A stretch of 64,000 bases of DNA, from the NCBI GenBank assembly GCA_050251055.1, contig JBFWNL010000010.1:65833-129832 (forward strand), given 5' to 3'. This document shows, piece by piece, positions 19,158 to 29,242 of this stretch. The notes beneath the pieces are model-generated. The model was not told the DNA's origin and made no database searches. It saw only the letters and a program-made list of their open reading frames with translations. A program made the translations under genes and the position numbers. Position 1 is the first letter of the stretch, and each line of letters begins with the position of its first letter. Source of the DNA: Bacteriovoracia bacterium. GTDB lineage: Bacteria > Bdellovibrionota > UBA1018 > JBFWNL01.

Positions 19158-20837
19158 TTAACCCCCGACGGCTTCGCGATCATCTGGATTCGAAGGCGAG
19201 GGATCGGCGGCGTCTCCGTCTTTTTCGCTCAGGAAGCCACCCGCCACGCGCATGGCGCGGGAGGCCTTCTCGAGGCGTTCCTTGAGATAGCTGGAATGTT
19301 CTTTTTCCTTGGCGTAGCGATCTTGGAGGAGATCGATGTTGAACTCCACGAGGTCGAGCTTCCGCTTTAAGTCGATAATCTTATTTTCCCGCGCGGTGAT
19401 CAGGACTTCGGAATCTTTTTTGAGGATTTCCAGACGATTTTCGAGATCTTTCTCGCGCACGCGAATCTTGCGGATGTCCGCGCGCACCCGCTCCTTTAAC
19501 GCCTCGATCTCGTTCGTAGCCTCGAGCACCCGGCTCTCCAGCAGCTTCACCTTGTCGTTCTTGCTCTTAAGCTGGAACCGCAGCTCGGACACTTCCGCTT
19601 CCACGGAGTGCACCGCCACCGATTTCTCGCGTTCAAAGCCCTGCACGCGGCGATCGCGTTCTTCCACCTGGCGTTGCAGCTCAACCGTGGCGGCACGCGC
19701 GCCCCGCAGGTCTTCTTCCAGCTTCGCGTTTTGTTCCTTCGTCGTCTTTAGCTGGGCCGACAACGCCACCACGTCTTGCTCACGCAGCAGCAGGTACTTC
19801 TTCAGCACCTCGGTGTCGGGGGATTGCGCCGCGCCGCCAGGTACGACGGCATCGCCCAAGGGGGTACCGCCGAAAAAGGAGGCCAGGCCGCTTGCCGCGG
19901 ATTTGAGCTTCGAGCTCATGCCATCGAAAAGATAGGGCATCTGTTCGCGTAGCTCGGGATCGGTGGGCATGGGCGCCGAGTATTCCGGTTCGGGCTCGCC
20001 GCGCTCGACGTCAATCGCCGAGTCGGAGGCATCCCCAAATGACGATTCGCCGTCTTCGGTGGACGACAAATCAATCGCCGCGCCCTCGGAAATAGCAGCG
20101 GACGCTTCCGCATCCAGCTGGATTGAGAACGCCGTCGCATTCACCGGGCCCTCGGGCGCAGCCGGAGCTTCCGCGGAATTACCGATATCGACTACCTCGA
20201 TCTCGGAAACCTCGAGACCAGGCTCGGACGGCGGAGCGGCCGACGGAATCATCATGCTCGGGTTCGTGGGCTCGTCCAGATGGATCGAGCTCTTCTGGCT
20301 ACGCGTCTCGAGAAAAATCGAGCCCGCGTCTTCCAAGATCAGGTCGGAATCTTCTTCTCCCCCGTGCGACGCACGCGGTTTACGGCGGGGCGGGGCGGGC
20401 GGGCGGGCCGCCTTAGGGGGCGCTGCGGGAATCGGCGACGCCTTCACCGCGCTTTCCTCGCCCAACACCGCGCGCACGAGCGCGACGAGATCGGCAGGCG
20501 GGAATGGATGTTTCAAGTACGCGTTCGCACCATTCGGCGTGTCCTGGTGCTTGGCGCATTCGGCATCCGACCACTTCTCCGTCGTGATCACGTAAGGCAG
20601 ATCCTTGAACTTCGCGGCGGCCTTGAATTTCTGGATGAAGGCAAGCCCCGGCTCGCCCGCGCCATTCGGGCCTTCGCGATGCACGATCGCCAAGTCGACG
20701 CTCGCGCCTTGCAATTGCAGCATCTGCATGCCTTCGTCGCCGTCCTTGCAAATGAGCACGGCCCAGCCCTTCGCGCTCAATCCTTGGACGATCGCGTGGC
20801 TAGAATTGACGAAGGGGTTTAAAAGCAGGATCTTCAT
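19158..20837 (-). CDS. Pseudo-receiver plus acidic linker plus long coiled coil (AglZ/FrzS-like)
   Basis: REC-like N-terminus (DLAIVHREG, GANAYLKHPF), Pro/Glu-rich linker, ~200-aa heptad C-terminus; start ATG 20837. Confidence 0.8.
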   Translation of the reverse strand: MKILLLNPFVNSSHAIVQGLSAKGWAVLICKDGDEGMQMLQLQGASVDLAIVHREGPNGAGEPGLAFIQKFKAAAKFKDLPYVITTEKWSDAECAKHQDTPNGANAYLKHPFPPADLVALVRAVLGEESAVKASPIPAAPPKAARPPAPPRRKPRASHGGEEDSDLILEDAGSIFLETRSQKSSIHLDEPTNPSMMIPSAAPPSEPGLEVSEIEVVDIGNSAEAPAAPEGPVNATAFSIQLDAEASAAISEGAAIDLSSTEDGESSFGDASDSAIDVERGEPEPEYSAPMPTDPELREQMPYLFDGMSSKLKSAASGLASFFGGTPLGDAVVPGGAAQSPDTEVLKKYLLLREQDVVALSAQLKTTKEQNAKLEEDLRGARAATVELQRQVEERDRRVQGFEREKSVAVHSVEAEVSELRFQLKSKNDKVKLLESRVLEATNEIEALKERVRADIRKIRVREKDLENRLEILKKDSEVLITARENKIIDLKRKLDLVEFNIDLLQDRYAKEKEHSSYLKERLEKASRAMRVAGGFLSEKDGDAADPSPSNPDDREAVGG

Positions 20838-20950
20838 CCCTTTCCTGATCGGCGGAAAACCCAAGAAAGATAAGAGAAAGCGGCCATCTAGCGGTGGATT
20901 ACCCGGCAAATCCAAGCGGGTTATCGTCACGATTTTGGCGCCCCTTCAAA

Positions 20951-20979
20951 TTGACACCCCTTTCCCGAAAAGCTAGACT
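20951..20979 (+). promoter_or_regulatory. sigma70-type promoter
   Basis: TTGACA-N17-TAGACT, 10 nt before ATG 20990. Confidence 0.7.
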
Positions 20980-20989
20980 TTTCAGATCC

Positions 20990-21877
20990 ATGGCCAAGCC
21001 GGCGGCAAAAAAACAGGGCAATCTTACCCTGCTCATTTTCAAAGATGACTTGGTCGCCCGTACCTTCTCCATCCCGATGCGTTGGTTCACCCAGCTCGGT
21101 ATGTCCGTCGGCGCGATCGCGGCCGTGATCTTGGTGCTGCTTTTCTTTTCCGTGAAGTACTACCGCATCTCCCTGAAGTCCGACCCTTCCCGGATCCTGG
21201 ATCTGGAACGGGAGCTGACGGATTTGCGTCAATCTTATGCCACTTTGCAGGACCAGCTCGCAAAACGGCCGAAGGCGGCCGAGCAAGGCCCCGGCTTGCC
21301 AGAATCGACCGATACGGTAGCCCGAACCGAAACTCCTACGACCCAGATTCCGAGCGTGCCCTCCGGCGTGACCGCCACCCCCGTGGCCTCGGCTAGCCCG
21401 GCTGCGTCTTCGCCCGACGGGGCCTCGGAAATCCCCATCCAGCTGGGCGGCTTCGAGACTTCCTGGGTCGGCACGCACCTCATCGTGCGCTTTCACATCT
21501 CTTACATCAATAAGGACGGCGGTAACCAACAGGGCCGCATCGGAGTCTTGCTGAAGAATGACCGGATCGCCATGGCGTATCCACGGGCCGTGCTAAAAAA
21601 CGCCGAAACTCAGGCGCTTGCGCCCGAACGTGGCGAGTTTTTCTCGGTTAGCCGCTACCGCGAGGTGCGCGCCGAGTTTGAATCGGTGCCGGCCGGACAG
21701 AGCTTCAAGGAAATCCAGGTCCTGATTTTCGACAAAGGCGGAGAGGTCCTGATCGAAAAGCAACTGAAGGTCCCCGCCTACGTTCCGACCAGCCAGAGTG
21801 GCGAGGAAGATCCGGAGCCGGAAACGACGGCGCCCACGGAAGAATCGACGCGCGGAGACCGCAGCAACCGGGGATAG
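20990..21877 (+). CDS. Bitopic membrane protein with coiled coil and C-terminal beta-rich domain
   Basis: Cytoplasmic beta segment, TM, DLERELTDLRQSYATLQDQL coiled coil, Pro/Thr linker, beta-rich domain. Confidence 0.8.
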   Translation: MAKPAAKKQGNLTLLIFKDDLVARTFSIPMRWFTQLGMSVGAIAAVILVLLFFSVKYYRISLKSDPSRILDLERELTDLRQSYATLQDQLAKRPKAAEQGPGLPESTDTVARTETPTTQIPSVPSGVTATPVASASPAASSPDGASEIPIQLGGFETSWVGTHLIVRFHISYINKDGGNQQGRIGVLLKNDRIAMAYPRAVLKNAETQALAPERGEFFSVSRYREVRAEFESVPAGQSFKEIQVLIFDKGGEVLIEKQLKVPAYVPTSQSGEEDPEPETTAPTEESTRGDRSNRG

Positions 21878-21880
21878 CAC

Positions 21881-22252
21881 ATGGAAAGAATCGAAGAATC
21901 CCGCATCAACATCATCTCCCAGGACACCCGTATCGACGGCAAGTCCCACTTCACGGACGTTTCCCGTGTCTACGGCACCCTCACGGGAGAAGTGCACGCG
22001 GTCGAGGGCAGCAAGCTCATTATCGGCGAGACCGGCGTGATCGAAGGCGTGGTACGTGCCGACACGCTTTTCGTGGACGGATTTATTCGCGGCGACGTTT
22101 ACGCCAAAACGCTCGTGCAGATCTCGGGTACCGGACGCGTGATCGGAAACATCTACGCGGGCAAGCTGAAGCTTGAGTTCGGATCTTACTTCGAGGGCCG
22201 ATGCCGCATGGAAGAGCCCATTACAGCAGATCTGCAGCCCGCACCGGCTTGA
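21881..22252 (+). CDS. Bactofilin (polymer-forming cytoskeletal protein)
   Basis: IISQDTRIDG, IIGETGVIEG, VDGFIRGDV, GRVIGNI, FEGRCRM. Confidence 0.92.
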   Translation: MERIEESRINIISQDTRIDGKSHFTDVSRVYGTLTGEVHAVEGSKLIIGETGVIEGVVRADTLFVDGFIRGDVYAKTLVQISGTGRVIGNIYAGKLKLEFGSYFEGRCRMEEPITADLQPAPA

Positions 22253-23699
22253 ATTTCGGCAGCTTCTCGGCCGCCAAGCTCTTATTGATTTCCGCCGTAT
22301 CCCCGCCCACGACGATCAGCAGCTCCTTGCCCATGAAGTGCTTCTTCATCGCCGCTTTTACCTGGGCCAAGGTCACCGCGTTCACGCGCGGAATGAACTC
22401 GTTTAAGTATTCCGGCCCGAGCTCGTGGATATAGCCCGCGAGCCAGCGCGAGGCGACCGCGCCGAGCGTGCCCATCTCGATCGGGAAGCCCCCGACCAAA
22501 TACTCGCGCGCTTGCCTCACTTCCTCTTCCGTTACCTCGCCCTTTATCGTGGCCTGAAAAAGCTCGCGCGTGCGTTTGATCACCTTGCCCACGGTTTCGT
22601 TCTGGGTCGAAGTATTGATAGAGAACGCCCCCAGCTCGCGGCTGTACGAGAATATGCTATTGATCCCGTAAGTCAGGCCCATCTCGTCGCGGATTTTCGC
22701 GTTGAGCTTGCTCTGGAAAAACCCGCCCAAAATGGTGTTAGCGACGAGCAGCGGATAGTGATCCGGCGAAGAAATAAGCGGCGCCTGAAACCCCATGCGG
22801 ATCTGCGCCTGGGTCAGCTCCGGGCGCCCCACCACCACGCCCGCGCCCTTCGGCGGAAACAGCTTCGCGTGCGCAAGCTTCACGATCGTGCGTTTCGGAG
22901 CCTTTCCCTGCCAGGAGCCAAACCGAGCCTCGATCAATTTACGAAAGCTCGCGGGATCCACGCGACCGACGACCATGAGCACGGCATTCGAAGGCACGAA
23001 ATGGTGTTGATGGAACGCGACGACGTCGGCGCGAGCCACGCGCGAGAACTCCTGGATGCCCAAAAACCCACCGCGCGAATAAGGGGTGCTCGCGCAGACG
23101 AGCCGGTGAAAAACCAGGGATACGAGGCTCTGGCTCGTATCGGCGACGTGGCGCCACCGATCCAATATGCGAGAAGACTCTTGCTTAACTTCCGTATCCG
23201 GGAAAGTAGGTTCGCGCGTGATTTTACCCAGGAGCTCGAGCAAGCGCTCGGCGTCCTCCGAGAGTCCGTGCATGCCCACCGTAATGGTGTCGTCCTCCGC
23301 GGAAACGTAGCGGCTAGCGCCCAATGAATCCACCGCGCGGGCGATCTGCTGGCTCGTCATACCGGCCGCGCCGCGATCCAGCACCGAGGAAAGCAGCTGC
23401 ACGGTGCCAGTCTTTCCCGCGGCATCGTCGCGATTTCCCGATTTGATCATGAGCGCTAGGTCCACCACGGGCAAAGTCGGGTCCACGAACCACACGACCT
23501 CGAGCCCGTTGGCGAGTTTTTCGATTTTCGGCACCGGCAGCTTCGCCTGGCTCACCCAGTCCGGGACGGACTGATTCGTCGCGGTGGCAGACGCTATCGG
23601 GCTAGGCGTTGCCTCGGGAGCGGCCGCCCAAGTCACGGCCCCCGAAATGCTCCAAGCCAATCCCACGCCTATAGTGATGAATTTTCGCGCCCGGATCAT
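22221..23699 (-). CDS. M16B peptidase, non-catalytic subunit
   Basis: LANGLEVV, ILGGFFQSKLNAKIRDEMGLTYG; lacks HxxEH. Confidence 0.9.
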   Translation of the reverse strand: MIRARKFITIGVGLAWSISGAVTWAAAPEATPSPIASATATNQSVPDWVSQAKLPVPKIEKLANGLEVVWFVDPTLPVVDLALMIKSGNRDDAAGKTGTVQLLSSVLDRGAAGMTSQQIARAVDSLGASRYVSAEDDTITVGMHGLSEDAERLLELLGKITREPTFPDTEVKQESSRILDRWRHVADTSQSLVSLVFHRLVCASTPYSRGGFLGIQEFSRVARADVVAFHQHHFVPSNAVLMVVGRVDPASFRKLIEARFGSWQGKAPKRTIVKLAHAKLFPPKGAGVVVGRPELTQAQIRMGFQAPLISSPDHYPLLVANTILGGFFQSKLNAKIRDEMGLTYGINSIFSYSRELGAFSINTSTQNETVGKVIKRTRELFQATIKGEVTEEEVRQAREYLVGGFPIEMGTLGAVASRWLAGYIHELGPEYLNEFIPRVNAVTLAQVKAAMKKHFMGKELLIVVGGDTAEINKSLAAEKLPKFKPVRAADLL

Positions 23700-25054
23700 T
23701 TTGCGTCTCCCGTCGCTTTCGCTTTCTTCAGCACAACCACCGTTCGGTTGTTTGGATGCAGGTACTCGTTCGCCACGCGCTTCACGTCCGCGGGTTTGAT
23801 CTTCAGGTACTTCTCGAGGTCCTCGTTGTAACGGCGGGCATCGCCCAGGATCGCGTGCACCGTACCCAAGAGGTTGGCTAAGCCCTGCGGCGTCCGCACG
23901 CTATCGATGAGCATCACGGTCAGCTGCTTCACCGCGACCTGCACTTCCTCTTCGGTCACTCCCTTTTTTTGAACCTCCCGGATCACCTCGGCGAGCAGGG
24001 CTTCCGCCTCGGCGGCCGGCCGGTCGCCCTTCATCATGGCCGACATGATGAAGAGTCCGGGAAAGGTCGGAGTAAACGCCATGCCGTTCACGCTCAGGGC
24101 GACGTTCTTTTGCTCGACGATCAAGCGATGTGCGCGCGAGCTCGTTCCCTGAAAGAGGATATTCGCCAGTACGTCGAGCGCATACGAATCATCGTCCTGC
24201 GCGCTCGAGACGTGGTAGCCCCACGAAAACTGCTCGGATGCTACGTGATCCGTCATCTGGAGACGCCGTTCGGAACTTTGCTCGGGCTCCTTCGGGATGT
24301 CTCGCGCCGGCACCTCGCCCGCCGGAATCTTTTCGTAATATTTTCGAATCAGGGCGAGCGTCGGCTCGGACTGGATGTCGCCCACGACGACGATCGCCGC
24401 GTTCTTAGGCGCGTAGTGCCGCTTGAAAAAATCCTGCAGGTCTTTCACCGTCAACCGGAATAGATCTTCGGGATACCCGATGATGGGCCATTGGTACGGA
24501 TGGGCCTGAAAGGCCATCTGCCAGAGCGCTTCCTGCATGCGTCCCGAGGGGGAATTATCGGTACGCAGACGACGCTCTTCGAGCACCACCTGCCGCTCGC
24601 TCAGGAGCGCCGCCTCATCGAGCTTTAGATTGGCCATGCGATCGGACTCGAGATCGATGGTCTTTTCCAGCAGCCCCGGCGTGATGTTCGCGTAGTAAGC
24701 CGTGTAATCACGGGTCGTAAACGCGTTCACCTCCGCGCCCTTCGCCTCCAAATGCGTGAAGAAGCTTTTGGCCGGATATTTTTCCGTGCCCTTGAACATC
24801 AAGTGCTCGAATAAGTGCGCGATGCCCGTAGAGCCCAACTTCTCGTCGGCCGAGCCCACGCGAAACCAAGTCTGATAGGAAATGATCGGTACCGCGTGGT
24901 TTTCCACGAAGTAAACCGTGAGCCCATTCGAGAGCGTGTGTTTCTCGAGCTTCAACTGGACGCCGAGTTTTCCCGGCGTGGCCAACGGGATCGTCGCCAA
25001 GAAAGCAAATAAAACCAAAGTCAGAAATCGCCAATTCCACGGTGAAGTTCGCAT
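23696..25054 (-). CDS. M16B zinc peptidase, catalytic subunit
   Basis: GIAHLFEHLMFKGT, NAFTTRDYT, ERQVVLEERR. Confidence 0.93.
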   Translation of the reverse strand: MRTSPWNWRFLTLVLFAFLATIPLATPGKLGVQLKLEKHTLSNGLTVYFVENHAVPIISYQTWFRVGSADEKLGSTGIAHLFEHLMFKGTEKYPAKSFFTHLEAKGAEVNAFTTRDYTAYYANITPGLLEKTIDLESDRMANLKLDEAALLSERQVVLEERRLRTDNSPSGRMQEALWQMAFQAHPYQWPIIGYPEDLFRLTVKDLQDFFKRHYAPKNAAIVVVGDIQSEPTLALIRKYYEKIPAGEVPARDIPKEPEQSSERRLQMTDHVASEQFSWGYHVSSAQDDDSYALDVLANILFQGTSSRAHRLIVEQKNVALSVNGMAFTPTFPGLFIMSAMMKGDRPAAEAEALLAEVIREVQKKGVTEEEVQVAVKQLTVMLIDSVRTPQGLANLLGTVHAILGDARRYNEDLEKYLKIKPADVKRVANEYLHPNNRTVVVLKKAKATGDAK

Positions 25055-25155
25055 CGGAAACCTCAGCCTAGCACGGGTTGGTCCCGGCCTGGGAACTCTT
25101 TAAACCTGAGCAAATTCCTGGTTCGCTGATTCGTCGCTGGTTCGAATGATCCGAA

Positions 25156-25896
25156 TTATTTTTCCGAGCGCCCCGTGACGCGGCTTAACTGCAGAGTGCT
25201 GGACCAAGTCATATGCGCCACGCCTCGCTGATCCACGAGGAACGCGAATTGGAATATATTCGAATATTCGTTCATCCAACTACTCGCCGAACCGCGGTCC
25301 GGCGGAGAATAGTGGGTGGGCTTGGCGTCGCCCATCGCCGTTCGTAAATTTCGACGCGGATCCCCCGGCGCCATCGAGGGGCCACTCATTTCAAAGGTGT
25401 GATAAATGACCACTGGCTTTTCGCAGTACCCTTCGTTGAGCACGCGAGTAAGATACTTGCCCCACTCCGCTTCCCCATCTTTTACCGCCGCGATAAACTT
25501 ATCCAAAGTCGCCGGCGTGGGCGCGTCGTACCATGCGAGTTCATAAGGAGCGAAAACCCGCGTTTCGATTCCGGAAACTTCTTCGCGAATCTCCGACAAT
25601 CGGTTGGGACCGTCGCAGCCAAGATGACCGTGATAAAAGTCCTTCACGTTGATGCCTTCGGTGCTCGAGGGAGCAAGCTTCGGATCGAGCACGTAATTCA
25701 GGGTGTTGAGTAGATTTTCCCGCAGCTCGACCGGCGCCCATTCGCTGTCGGCTTCGAATTTCAGGCTACCGCCAGCTTCCATCAGTGTTTGGTAATCCTT
25801 TGGGGTGAAGTCCCAGTCCTCTTCCACGGCAAGGGCCGAAGCCGCGCCCAGGAAAAGACCCAAGCCCGCGGCGAACGCGTAAAGACACGCCTTCAT
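25156..25896 (-). CDS. Secreted hypothetical protein
   Basis: GGAGG RBS, signal peptide ending ALA; DFYHGHL and IYHTFE motifs. Confidence 0.75.
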   Translation of the reverse strand: MKACLYAFAAGLGLFLGAASALAVEEDWDFTPKDYQTLMEAGGSLKFEADSEWAPVELRENLLNTLNYVLDPKLAPSSTEGINVKDFYHGHLGCDGPNRLSEIREEVSGIETRVFAPYELAWYDAPTPATLDKFIAAVKDGEAEWGKYLTRVLNEGYCEKPVVIYHTFEMSGPSMAPGDPRRNLRTAMGDAKPTHYSPPDRGSASSWMNEYSNIFQFAFLVDQRGVAHMTWSSTLQLSRVTGRSEK

Positions 25897-26014
25897 CCAT
25901 CCTCCTATCTTCGCTATCCAAACAACCCATCGACTGCTTACAATGATTGACGCATTATGTCAAATTTGTGCCCCACCTCGCTTTTCCGGAAAAACGTGCT
26001 AAAAACCTGGGGTA

Positions 26015-26800
26015 ATGGCGTCCACGACGATCACCATCTTGGGCTGCGGCACCTCCACCGGAGTCCCGCTACTGCACTGTCCGTGCAAGGTCTGCACGTC
26101 GAAAGATCCACGTAACCAACGCCTGCGCGCTTCGGCTTGGGTTCAGTCCGGAGGGAAGAGCATTCTCATCGACACCGCAACCGACCTTCGCCAGCAAGCC
26201 TTGCGCGAAAAAATCCCCCGGGTGGACGCAGTTCTCTACACGCATCCCCACTCGGACCATGTCTCCGGCGTCGATGAGCTGCGCAGCTTTAACTTCCTTC
26301 AAAAATCGAGCATCCCCATCTACGGGAACGATTGGACGATCCGGGAGCTGACTCACCGCTACCAATACATTTTCGAAGATCGCCCGCTCAAGGGGGGTGG
26401 CAAGCCCAGCCTCATCCCACACCTCGTGGCAGCCGACGCGGCCGAGCTCGATATCCAAGGCCTAAAAGTAATCCCCATCCCGCTCCGCCACGGAGGCGAG
26501 CCCTGCTTTGGCTATCGGATCGGGAGCGTGGCTTACCTAACCGATCTTAATGAAATCCCTGAGAAATCCTATGACCGCCTCCGTGGCCTCTCTATCCTTA
26601 TACTGGATTGTTTACGTATCGGAGCTCACGACACCCACCTCAGCCTCGACCGAGCGCTGGAGATCGCCTCACGCATCGCAGCAGAAAAAACCGTCTTGAC
26701 GCATTTAGGGCATGACTTTGATTTCGGGGAGTGGGAAAAGAAGCTTCCTAATAACATCACGTTGGCTTACGACGGCCTGAAACTAGAGGTCACATCATGA
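26015..26800 (+). CDS. MBL-fold hydrolase, PhnP-like phosphodiesterase
   Basis: [31 protein letters not shown]. Confidence 0.92.
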   Translation: MASTTITILGCGTSTGVPLLHCPCKVCTSKDPRNQRLRASAWVQSGGKSILIDTATDLRQQALREKIPRVDAVLYTHPHSDHVSGVDELRSFNFLQKSSIPIYGNDWTIRELTHRYQYIFEDRPLKGGGKPSLIPHLVAADAAELDIQGLKVIPIPLRHGGEPCFGYRIGSVAYLTDLNEIPEKSYDRLRGLSILILDCLRIGAHDTHLSLDRALEIASRIAAEKTVLTHLGHDFDFGEWEKKLPNNITLAYDGLKLEVTS

Positions 26801-27903
26801 TCATTGGCGTTCCAAAAGAGATTAAGAACAAAGAAAATCGCGTCGGCATGGTGATCGCGGGCGTCCGCGCGCTGACCCAAGGCGGCCACACGGTTTTGAT
26901 CGAAACCGAAGCCGGCAGCGGCGTCGGCATCTCCGACCAAGATTACGAAAAAGCCGGCGCGAAGATCGCCGAATCCGCCAAGAAAGTTTACGAAAAGGCG
27001 GACATGATCGTGAAGGTCAAGGAACCCCTTCCCGAAGAATACCCGCTGCTGCGCGAAGGCCAGATCCTCTACACCTACCTGCACCTGGCGGCCGATGAGC
27101 GCCTGACCAAAGCTTTGATGGACCGCAAAATCGTGGGTATCGCCTACGAAACCATTCAGCCCGCCGACGGCTCGCTCCCGTTGCTTGCGCCCATGAGCGC
27201 GGTAGCGGGGCGCATGGCGACCCAAATCGGCGCGACTTACCTCCAGCGCGATCACGGCGGCAAGGGCATGCTCTTGGGCGGCGTGACTGGCGTGGATCGC
27301 GCGAACGTCGTCGTCATCGGCGGCGGCGTCGTGGGCATCAACGCCGCAAAAATGGCCGTGGGTCTCGGCGCGAAAGTCACCATTTTCGACGTGAACGTAC
27401 ACCGCTTGGATTATCTCTCGGACATCTTCGGTAACGAACTCTCGACCCTGTACTCCAACAGCGAGCAAATCGAGAAGGCCGTAACCGCTTCCGACCTCGT
27501 GATCGGCGCCGTGCTGGTGCCGGGCGCGAAGGCGCCGAAGCTCGTCACCCGCGAAATGATCTCCCAAATGCAGCCGGGCGGCGTCGTGGTCGACGTGGCC
27601 GTGGATCAAGGCGGTTCGGTTGAAACCTGTCGCCCCACCTCGCACGAACACCCGACCTATACCGTCGATGGCGTCATTCACTACGCCGTGCCGAACATGC
27701 CGGGCGCCGTACCGCGCACTTCCACCTACGCGCTGACCAACGTGACCATGAAGTACGCCGTCATGCTGGCCAACCTGGGCTGGAAGGAAGCCGTGATGAA
27801 GGATCCTGCCCTCTATAAAGGCGTGAACCTTTGCCTGGGTAAGCTCACGTACCAAGCCGTGGCGGATGACCTCGGCCTGCCTTACGAGAAGCTGAAGATC
27901 TAG
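26797..27903 (+). CDS. ald: Alanine dehydrogenase
   Basis: [55 protein letters not shown]. Confidence 0.97.
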   Translation: MIIGVPKEIKNKENRVGMVIAGVRALTQGGHTVLIETEAGSGVGISDQDYEKAGAKIAESAKKVYEKADMIVKVKEPLPEEYPLLREGQILYTYLHLAADERLTKALMDRKIVGIAYETIQPADGSLPLLAPMSAVAGRMATQIGATYLQRDHGGKGMLLGGVTGVDRANVVVIGGGVVGINAAKMAVGLGAKVTIFDVNVHRLDYLSDIFGNELSTLYSNSEQIEKAVTASDLVIGAVLVPGAKAPKLVTREMISQMQPGGVVVDVAVDQGGSVETCRPTSHEHPTYTVDGVIHYAVPNMPGAVPRTSTYALTNVTMKYAVMLANLGWKEAVMKDPALYKGVNLCLGKLTYQAVADDLGLPYEKLKI

Positions 27904-27944
27904 CAGCGTCGGGGCTGCCTGCGGGCGAGCCCACGAAACATTTC

Positions 27945-27979
27945 AAGGCCGGTCGCTCCGTTGGGCGTCCGGCCTTTTT
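27945..27979 (+). terminator. Rho-independent terminator after ald
   Basis: AAGGCCGG...CCGGCCTT stem plus T tract. Confidence 0.85.
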
Positions 27980-28016
27980 AGTTTACTAGCCGGTTTTAGT
28001 CGGTAGACTAAAGGGA

Positions 28017-28553
28017 GTGTCAGACGCAGCTCCCGCCGAAGGCGCCGCAGCCAAACCCCCCAAAGGCCCACTCCCGATCGGGATGATCTTGGCCCTCGTG
28101 AATACCCTCGCGATCCTGGGCGCGCTGGGGATGGCCGTCTACACGAAAATGCTATTTAAGCGTCCGCCCATTACGGAAGAGGGCGAGCGCGCGAAGCTTC
28201 AAGAAAAAAAGAACAAGCCTGCGGTCGCGACCCAGCGGGGTACGATCGAAATCCCGAGTCTCACTTTCAATATCGCCTCATCCAAGGCAACGGCGGGCCG
28301 GAGCAAGCTGCATTACGGCTCGGCCGCGATCACCATCGAGATCGCCAACATCGACGAGCAGGCCGACTTCGATGCCATCAAGCCCGTTTTCATGGACAAG
28401 ATGCTCCAGCTCTTCGGCAAGAAGACTTTCGACGAGCTCACGACCGTGCAAGGGCGTTACGTGCTGCGCATGGAGCTTCTGGAGATGATCAACGCGCTCA
28501 TGAAGCGCAACTACGTGACGAATATTTTCTTCACGAAGTTCATCATTCAATAG
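28017..28553 (+). CDS. fliL: Flagellar basal-body protein FliL (orphan copy)
   Basis: N-terminal TM; LTFNI, ELTTVQGRYVLR, VTNIFFTKFIIQ. Confidence 0.85.
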   Translation: MSDAAPAEGAAAKPPKGPLPIGMILALVNTLAILGALGMAVYTKMLFKRPPITEEGERAKLQEKKNKPAVATQRGTIEIPSLTFNIASSKATAGRSKLHYGSAAITIEIANIDEQADFDAIKPVFMDKMLQLFGKKTFDELTTVQGRYVLRMELLEMINALMKRNYVTNIFFTKFIIQ

Positions 28554-28564
28554 CGCGGCCGCTT

Positions 28565-28957
28565 GTGATGAGCGCGTCCGCTTCCGCCAAACACCTGATC
28601 TTCCTCGATACCGACTGCATGCTTTGCTCGGCCGAAGCCCGCTTCATCCGCAAGCACGACTTGAAAAGCGCCGTAGGATTCATCGACATCGCCGCCCCGG
28701 ACTTCTCGCCGGAGAAATGGGGCGTGGATCCAGAGCACGTGCGGCTTTACATGCACATGCGGACGCCCGAAGGCAAAATCGTCATTGGAGTACCCGCGTT
28801 CATCCGAATCTGGAGCCTAGTGCCGGGTTTGCGCGGGGTGGCCCGCTTGCTTTCGCTACCGGTGATGTTCCAGCTCGCGCAGATCGGCTACTTTGTTTTC
28901 GCGCGCGTGCGCCCTTGGTTGCCGAAGCGTAAATCCGGGATCAACTGCGAATTCTGA
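28565..28957 (+). CDS. DCC1-like (DUF393) thiol-disulfide oxidoreductase
   Basis: DTDCMLC (DxxCxxC), GVPAFIRIW, GYFVFARVR. Confidence 0.88.
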   Translation: MMSASASAKHLIFLDTDCMLCSAEARFIRKHDLKSAVGFIDIAAPDFSPEKWGVDPEHVRLYMHMRTPEGKIVIGVPAFIRIWSLVPGLRGVARLLSLPVMFQLAQIGYFVFARVRPWLPKRKSGINCEF

Positions 28958-29242
28958 GCCCTCGCCAGCGAGGCTCATACGTGGACTCGACGCTCTTCAC
29001 TTCGCCTTCCGCTTAGCGTCCGTTCTTTTCTTCGCAGACGGCCAAGCGCTGCCGCAAAGAATGGACCTCTTGCCAGGACTGAAACACTTGCTGCTTAAGA
29101 CGCAGATTCTCCGTTTCAAGATCCGCCGGTTGTGGGATTTAACGGAATCGATCACGGCCCGATACTGGTGCGCGTAATCCCGGGCACGTTCGGTCGAAGT
29201 TTCGTCGTTATAGACGCCACGATCGTAATCGACGAAAGGCGG

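Noticed and set aside
26767-27855. 362-aa minus-strand ORF
   Set aside because: Antisense shadow of ald.
27960-28016. Possible sigma28 promoter for fliL (GTCGGTAG)
   Set aside because: Poor -10 match and spacing inconsistent with the two good examples.
28955-28977. Hairpin TGAGCCCTCGCCAGCGAGGCTCA as a REP element
   Set aside because: Single copy in the window; more likely a weak terminator between convergent genes.
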